DNA from: an uncultured virus (IMG/VR IMGVR_UViG_3300006924_000001) | Lineage: Duplodnaviria > Heunggongvirae > Uroviricota > Caudoviricetes | Strand: one strand, 5' to 3' | DNA: 20,000 bases | IMG/VR virus record: IMGVR_UViG_3300006924_000001 | Shown here: positions 15,134-20,000 of the stretch, one piece after another | Layout of the letters: each line of letters opens with the position of its first letter | Numbering within the stretch: the first letter of the stretch is position 1 | Program-made: the position numbers and the translations under genes | Notes under the pieces: model-generated | Told to the model about the DNA's origin: nothing | Databases searched by the model: none | The model's input: only the letters and a program-made list of their open reading frames with translations

Positions 15134-15286
15134 ATGAAAATAACAGTAAGAATTGACCTAAGCCTTGACCTTGAGATTGACCTTGATGAACTCATGGGCG
15201 GGTTATCATTGAGGGACACTATCTACAACATTCTTTCGTCAAATCACATGGATGATATTGTTGACTCCATCGAGGTGAGCGAATGA
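15134..15286 (+). CDS. Small acidic hypothetical protein (MKITVRIDLSLDLEIDLDEL...IEVSE, 50 aa)
   Basis: Not in the ORF track. GGAGG SD, fills the gap exactly, and its stop overlaps ATG 15283. Confidence 0.7.
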   Translation: MKITVRIDLSLDLEIDLDELMGGLSLRDTIYNILSSNHMDDIVDSIEVSE

Positions 15287-15723
15287 GTGTCACGCTAAGT
15301 GGCATGACGGAACTCGCCGCTACTATTGCGGGAATACGGGTTGGTAGCGAAATCAGCAGACCGTTCATTGAACAAATGTGTGACGATTGTGGCGTCGATA
15401 CCGTTGTCGCATTCCTTGTGGCGTGTGAACGGAATAACAATTGGGACTGTACCCTTCAAATTGGATGGGCCAACGAAACCCGACCAAGTGAAATGTTTTG
15501 TGAAGTCAATCGAGTGATTGGGGATTTGAAGTACCTCGGTCGCCTCGAATACATTACTTTTAAGAATCTACTTTTCCCACAGGCTACGGAAGATTACCTC
15601 GATGAGAAGTGGCTCTTGTGGAACAACGACAGACTCGGATTCATGTACTCTTGCTCAAGCGACAAGATAAGGTTGCTTTGTGACTACATCGAAATCTGCA
15701 AACATGGCGGGTGTGGCAATTGA
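15283..15723 (+). CDS. Hypothetical protein
   Basis: 146 aa, GAGGTGA SD, coupled to neighbours. Confidence 0.75.
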   Translation: MSVTLSGMTELAATIAGIRVGSEISRPFIEQMCDDCGVDTVVAFLVACERNNNWDCTLQIGWANETRPSEMFCEVNRVIGDLKYLGRLEYITFKNLLFPQATEDYLDEKWLLWNNDRLGFMYSCSSDKIRLLCDYIEICKHGGCGN

Positions 15724-15878
15724 TTAACAAGGTCGCACGATACTTTACTCGTCGGGTTCTTGAGTCGAAAGGTATGAGGCTTTGTCCTCTATGTGACGAC
15801 GCAGTTATCGGAAACCAAGAACACGCTTGTATGATTTGTACTCTCGACGCAACCTTTGGTATTGAGGTGAAAGTATGA
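15720..15878 (+). CDS. Small Zn-ribbon protein (MINKVARYF...CPLC...CMIC...IEVKV, 52 aa)
   Basis: Not in the ORF track. TTG start overlaps the upstream TGA, two CxxC motifs, stop overlaps ATG 15875. Confidence 0.7.
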   Translation: MINKVARYFTRRVLESKGMRLCPLCDDAVIGNQEHACMICTLDATFGIEVKV

Positions 15879-16081
15879 CATACAAGGTTCTTGGTCGATG
15901 GACTCTATGCCAACATTGCGGCAGGTCTTACAGGGACAAAATCATCGGCAGAATCCCCTGCCCTCACTGCGTCAAATGCACACGACCGGAGAAGTGCTTC
16001 CCTCAATTTGAAGGTCGCCACCACTGCAAGTTATGTGCCGCACAGAAAGTGATTACCGACCTAACGGGGGAAGAGGAATGA
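15875..16081 (+). CDS. Small Cys-rich double Zn-finger protein
   Basis: CQHC, CPHCVKC, C...HHCKLC. GAGGTGA SD. Confidence 0.75.
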   Translation: MTYKVLGRWTLCQHCGRSYRDKIIGRIPCPHCVKCTRPEKCFPQFEGRHHCKLCAAQKVITDLTGEEE

Positions 16082-16983
16082 GCGTTTGGGCTACACACCA
16101 CCGACCTACAAGTCTTACGGGAATAGTAGGTCAGCCGGAACTCATCGCAGAATTGCATCAAATCGTTCTCGGCGAACTGCCGATGCAACACTACCTGTTC
16201 TTCTCTCCGGAGGCTGGTACTGGCAAGACCTCCGTCGCTTATGCTCTTGCAAAGGACTTGGGTTGGCAATTGGTTACCTTCAACGCATCCTCCAAGAGAG
16301 AGCGTGGTATCGAGTTCGTTGAGGATGTTCTCATCCCTATGACCCGAAGTGGTATTAAGGAGAGAATCTTTTTGCTCGATGAAGCAGACCAATTAACTCC
16401 CGCCGCACAGTCGGCTCTCAAGGGTGTGATTGAAAACGCTAACGGTTATTTTATTCTCACTTGCAATCGCCTTCCGATGGTTTCTCGCTGGCTACAAAGT
16501 CGGTGCCAAGTGCGTACCTTTAACCCAATACCAATCTTGGATATGACAGAACGCTTGACCTCTATTGCTGTGCAAACAGGTAACGGTGACATTTCCAAGA
16601 CTTCTGTTGAGGTTATAGCAAGGGCGCACAACGGTGACTTGCGGAACGCTATCGGTGCTTTGCAAACATACTGTGGTTTGACTGGTCGAACTGCTGAATC
16701 ATTCCTCGACGGTTTGACTGCACCTCACATCGACTTCTCGAAAATGCTCATTGTATGTTTTCGGGAAAAGAACTTTGAAACAGCAGTCAAGATGTTGACA
16801 GGTGATGTTCGGTACCAAGTCCGAGCGTGTTTCCAATACGCCGTCGAATCCGGCGCAAAAGTACAGTCCAAGATGCGTGTTATTGAAGCGGCGATTACCG
16901 CCGAGCGTGACATAATCAACGGTGTGGATGAAGAGGTAGTGCGCTACAATTTTGTCCGTATGCTGGTCGGAGGGAGCCAGTAA
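16078..16983 (+). CDS. rfcS: Replication factor C (clamp loader) small subunit
   Basis: WATHHRP (box II), IVGQ, Walker A EAGTGKT, FNASSKRERGI, Walker B LLDEADQL, AQSALKGVIE, FILTCN, LQSRC, GDLRNAIGALQ. True start is ATG 16078. Confidence 0.92.
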   Translation: MSVWATHHRPTSLTGIVGQPELIAELHQIVLGELPMQHYLFFSPEAGTGKTSVAYALAKDLGWQLVTFNASSKRERGIEFVEDVLIPMTRSGIKERIFLLDEADQLTPAAQSALKGVIENANGYFILTCNRLPMVSRWLQSRCQVRTFNPIPILDMTERLTSIAVQTGNGDISKTSVEVIARAHNGDLRNAIGALQTYCGLTGRTAESFLDGLTAPHIDFSKMLIVCFREKNFETAVKMLTGDVRYQVRACFQYAVESGAKVQSKMRVIEAAITAERDIINGVDEEVVRYNFVRMLVGGSQ

Positions 16984-16984
16984 C

Positions 16985-16995
16985 AACCTTTATAT
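16985..16995 (+). promoter_or_regulatory. TATA-box promoter (AACCTTTATAT class)
   Basis: Intergenic AACCTTTATAT, identical to 19884-19894 and matching 13389-13398. Confidence 0.7.
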
Positions 16996-17033
16996 CCCCA
17001 CAACATGACGACAAAATACAGGAAGTGAACCTA

Positions 17034-18260
17034 ATGGTAGCATACGAACAGATGATTGAAAAAGTAGCAAAGCAAGTCGGAACTGACCCCAAGACGCTAT
17101 CGGCGAAAGCCGAGGCAATCCTCGCCCAAGAAGGCGCAGGCTGGGAAGCATCCGGCAAGAACGAAGAACAACGCAAGACTCTTGCCCTACGAGTATCGGC
17201 ACGACAATTGGTGGCTGAAAAGGCAAAATTGACCCGCAGTGGCGCAACGATGTACGAAGGTATGTTCGTCAATGTCCCTCGTGAAAAGGATTGGGCTAAG
17301 ATGGCTTACAACAAGATGAGCAAGACGCTCAAGGCTATGCCGGACATGGCACAACGCCTCGCTCTCGTTGGTCAAGGTGCGCTCATCATCTACGAGAACA
17401 ACCACGACGGTTCGTGGACTCGTCACGCCAACCCATCTTTGTTGAACCAACAGGACTTCGCCGAAGGTACCCGTTCCGACGAAATCACCCAAATCCCACC
17501 ACGCCATGTGGTTCTTGATGCGAACACCTCGTTCTCGCTCATTTGGGACAAGGCAACCACTCACTTCGCAAACGGCAAGCCGAACTTCAAGTACGGCTCC
17601 GCTCGACCGCTTGAAGAACCCGACCGCTCGTGTCAATTCTTGGGTCGCAAGGCTGGTTCCAACGACGCACCAAGCCTCCACGACTTCCGATACAACGGTG
17701 CTTTGGCAAAGCAATCTTGGCCGACCTTCACCACCGGTACCATCGGTATGAAGCCTGCCAACCGTGAGGGAATGGCATACGGTACGAAGGTCACTGCCTT
17801 CACCGCTGATGCTGAACTCTCTTCAATCTTCACCGCCCCACCTCTCATGGTTGATGAAAACGGTGCAAGTGGACTCGTCGCTGATTGGCTTGGGGAAACA
17901 CTCATGCCTTCTCTCGACAAGTGTCACGAACACTACGGGACTCTTGACGACAAAGCAAAGTGGAACACCACCTACGCTACCGTTGTCGAAGTCGTTCACA
18001 TCGACCCTCGTGAAAACGGTGGCTTCATCGTTACCGTGGCTGATGCCGATATTATGTCGGAAACACCACCAATCGAAGTCTATGTCGGTGCCTCCGAGGA
18101 AACCTCGGTTGACTTCGGCGTTGGTTCGGAACTCGTTGTTGTTGGCTCTCCGTGGGTCACCCGTGACGGCGAGGCTCGCTTTATGACCTCCGCTTGGTGG
18201 TGCATGAACCGAATCGCTCCGCTTGCTGACACTGGCGAAGGTGACGACGGCTGGGATTGA
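17034..18260 (+). CDS. Putative RPA-like single-stranded DNA-binding protein (OB folds)
   Basis: N-terminal helical domain (IEKVAKQVGTDPKTL...ALRVSARQL) resembles euryarchaeal RPA N-termini. Beta-rich OB-like C-terminus (FIVTVAD...IEVYV...FGVGSELVVVG) and acidic tail DTGEGDDGWD. Adjacent to rfcS. Confidence 0.6.
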   Translation: MVAYEQMIEKVAKQVGTDPKTLSAKAEAILAQEGAGWEASGKNEEQRKTLALRVSARQLVAEKAKLTRSGATMYEGMFVNVPREKDWAKMAYNKMSKTLKAMPDMAQRLALVGQGALIIYENNHDGSWTRHANPSLLNQQDFAEGTRSDEITQIPPRHVVLDANTSFSLIWDKATTHFANGKPNFKYGSARPLEEPDRSCQFLGRKAGSNDAPSLHDFRYNGALAKQSWPTFTTGTIGMKPANREGMAYGTKVTAFTADAELSSIFTAPPLMVDENGASGLVADWLGETLMPSLDKCHEHYGTLDDKAKWNTTYATVVEVVHIDPRENGGFIVTVADADIMSETPPIEVYVGASEETSVDFGVGSELVVVGSPWVTRDGEARFMTSAWWCMNRIAPLADTGEGDDGWD

Positions 18261-18288
18261 GTCGCTATAACTTTGGGGGGTAAAGTAA

Positions 18289-19875
18289 ATGTCAAATGTA
18301 GTTATGGGTGAGCAGGCGCAAGCCGCTCTCTTGGAAGCAATCAACCTTGTCGCTGATGCTGTTGAAGGTACGCTGGGACCGCAAGCGAGAACTGTTCTCG
18401 TCACGCATCCCGAACGACCACCGACGGTGCTGAACGACGGCGTGAAGATTGTTTCCTCCGTCAAGTCCGAAAAGCCTGCGGTACAAGCCGCAGTGCAATT
18501 GTTCCGACAGGCCGCACTTGAGGCTCAACAGGCTTCCGGTGACGGTACTACAACGGCAACACTACTTGCTCGTGCAATCTGCAACGCATACGCCGACCAT
18601 CCCAACAAAGTCCGAGCCGCCCAAGAAATCGCTCAATTCACAGACGCAACCGTTGCATACATCGAAATGCAAAGTGAAGAGATAGACTTTGGTGCGCTCA
18701 CTGACGAAGATGAGTGGGATGAGTTAGAACAGCGGTTAAAGTTCGTGGCTACTGTTGCCGCTAACAACGACGAACCTCTCGGTGAACTGGTTGCTGAAAT
18801 CTTCACCGAACTCGGTCCCGACGCACTTGTCAATCTCAAGGTCGGCTCTCTCGACCACACGATTTGGTCACACGCTGTCGGTACGAGTATTCCCACAACA
18901 TTCGTTTCTCCGATGTTCTGCAATACGGACAAGCGAACTGTGGAGTATCACAACCCGCTGTTTATTCTTACCCAAACAGTAATTGAAGACTTTGAGGATT
19001 TGATGCCTGCTCTTGAAATCGCAGTCGAGAACAACCGGCCTCTCATCATCGTCTGTCAAGACATTAAGGGTATTGCTTTGTCAAACCTCATCGCCAATCA
19101 TATCGGTGGTGTTGTCAAGGCGTGTGCCATCAAGGTTCCCTACGCCGACCCTCTCGCTTGGATTGAAGACATTCAAGCCCTTGTGGGTGGTAAGAACTTC
19201 TTCGATGCCGAAGGTCACACTATCGCCGATGTTGTCGCTGGTTCCAAAATGATTGGTTCCGCCGACACAATTAGGATTACCGAAACAGAAACCGTTATCA
19301 TCGCTGGTGAGGTTGGGAAGGACTTGTTGCCTGCTCATGTCTTGAGTCTGCAAAAGCGAGCCGCCGCTTCCACTCATTCTTTCACCAAAGAGAAATTGCT
19401 TACTCGTGCCGCAAGACTAAATTCAAAGATTGCTAACATTCACATCGGAGGATTCAGCGAGGCTGAAATTCGTGAAACGAGGGAAAGGGTTGACGATGCT
19501 GTCAACGCCACCCGACTCGCCATGAAGGGCGGTACTGTTCTTGGTGCTGGTGTGACTCTCGCACGAATGACTACCGCCGCCACCTCCGACACCTTCACAC
19601 GCGCTGACAAGCGATGGGAGAAGGTTCTCCTTGAACCGGTTCGTGTGCTGACCAAGAACGCTGGAAGCGAGCAATCGCTCGCAGATATTAGGAAGTTATT
19701 CGTACAGAAACACTACTATTCCAATCTTCACAAGGCGAAGTTCAGCATCGAAACACAAGACGCTTGTGATGTGTACGACGCTACGCTTGTGCTTGTGAAC
19801 TCAATCAAAGCCGCCGCATCAATTGCTCGGCTCATGCTACTCACCGACCGAATCGTTTTGGTGGGCGAAGAATAG
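18289..19875 (+). CDS. groEL: Group I chaperonin (GroEL/Cpn60-like)
   Basis: TLGP, NDGVKI, GDGTTTATLLA; GroEL-type apical domain NPLFIL...LMPALEIAVENNRPLIIVCQDIKGIALSNLIAN...ACAIKVP; IGGFSEAEIRETRERVDDAVNATRLA. Confidence 0.93.
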   Translation: MSNVVMGEQAQAALLEAINLVADAVEGTLGPQARTVLVTHPERPPTVLNDGVKIVSSVKSEKPAVQAAVQLFRQAALEAQQASGDGTTTATLLARAICNAYADHPNKVRAAQEIAQFTDATVAYIEMQSEEIDFGALTDEDEWDELEQRLKFVATVAANNDEPLGELVAEIFTELGPDALVNLKVGSLDHTIWSHAVGTSIPTTFVSPMFCNTDKRTVEYHNPLFILTQTVIEDFEDLMPALEIAVENNRPLIIVCQDIKGIALSNLIANHIGGVVKACAIKVPYADPLAWIEDIQALVGGKNFFDAEGHTIADVVAGSKMIGSADTIRITETETVIIAGEVGKDLLPAHVLSLQKRAAASTHSFTKEKLLTRAARLNSKIANIHIGGFSEAEIRETRERVDDAVNATRLAMKGGTVLGAGVTLARMTTAATSDTFTRADKRWEKVLLEPVRVLTKNAGSEQSLADIRKLFVQKHYYSNLHKAKFSIETQDACDVYDATLVLVNSIKAAASIARLMLLTDRIVLVGEE

Positions 19876-19883
19876 GCGAAGCC

Positions 19884-19894
19884 AACCTTTATAT
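19884..19894 (+). promoter_or_regulatory. TATA-box promoter (AACCTTTATAT class)
   Basis: Intergenic AACCTTTATAT followed by AGGAGG and ATG 19917. Confidence 0.65.
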
Positions 19895-19916
19895 GGCTAC
19901 AACAGGAGGAAATAAT

Positions 19917-20000
19917 ATGTCTTGGGGAACTAAAGCAACAGAAGCGACCGTCACTAAAACGGGATTTGACAAGGACTACTACCGTGGTCTTTTTGAGAAC
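19917..20000 (+). CDS. Protein of unknown function, 3'-truncated (MSWGTKATEATVTKTGFDKDYYRGLFEN...)
   Basis: AGGAGG SD, ATG 19917, open to the window end. Confidence 0.7.
   Translation, partial: MSWGTKATEATVTKTGFDKDYYRGLFEN

Noticed and set aside
15152..15187. Short tandem TTGACCT repeats
   Set aside because: They encode the IDLSLDLEIDLD periodicity of the 50-aa protein at 15134.
710..16077. Long N-terminal extensions in the ORF track (710, 1210, 1362, 1903, 2010, 3878, 3904, 4227, 6673, 16033)
   Set aside because: They mostly overlap upstream genes or leaders. SD sites, ATGA coupling and family N-termini indicate the shorter starts.
93..19674. All minus-strand ORFs, e.g. 3419-3964, 12152-12874 and 17823-18464
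   Set aside because: They are antisense to well-supported, tightly coupled plus-strand genes, and have no SD or TATA signals or recognisable motifs.
18289..19875. Thermosome (group II chaperonin) call
   Set aside because: The apical and intermediate domain motifs align with GroEL, not TCP-1/thermosome.
1..20000. tRNA/rRNA genes, inteins, transposases, structural virion genes
   Set aside because: No cloverleaf or T-loop motif seen in the short intergenic gaps. RFC and the MCM-like protein are too short to hold inteins. No capsid, portal, terminase large subunit or transposase motifs were recognised.

Overview
The window is a gene-dense, entirely plus-strand fragment of a large tailed dsDNA virus of archaea. 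The gene set best fits a magrovirus-like virus of Marine Group II / Thermoplasmatota Euryarchaeota; this is inferred from gene content and signals, with no database search. Archaeal signals include TATA-box promoters, GGAGGTGA Shine-Dalgarno (SD) sites with ATGA-coupled genes, and archaeal-type RFC-small, RPA-like, MCM-like and PAC2-like proteins. The left part (1-8.4 kb) is an accessory/early region of small genes, including ArdA anti-restriction, DUF932, a T4 endonuclease V-like glycosylase and many Zn-finger microproteins. It is divided into operons by a repeated ~55-70 bp promoter element with invariant spacing (288, 2768, 5827, plus a fourth copy at 13372). Three of the copies are bracketed by inverted GTCGG/CCGAC arms. 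A ~160 bp symmetric AT-rich inverted repeat (8451-8613) is a candidate replication origin. The right part carries replication and proteostasis genes: PAC2-like protein, short MCM-like AAA+ ATPase, clamp-loader small subunit, RPA-like SSB and a bacterial-type (group I) GroEL. Up to five divergent DUF3860-like winged-helix paralogues are scattered through the window and, with the repeated promoter, suggest a virus-encoded transcriptional circuit. Many starts in the supplied ORF track are too long and were corrected using SD sites and ATGA overlaps.
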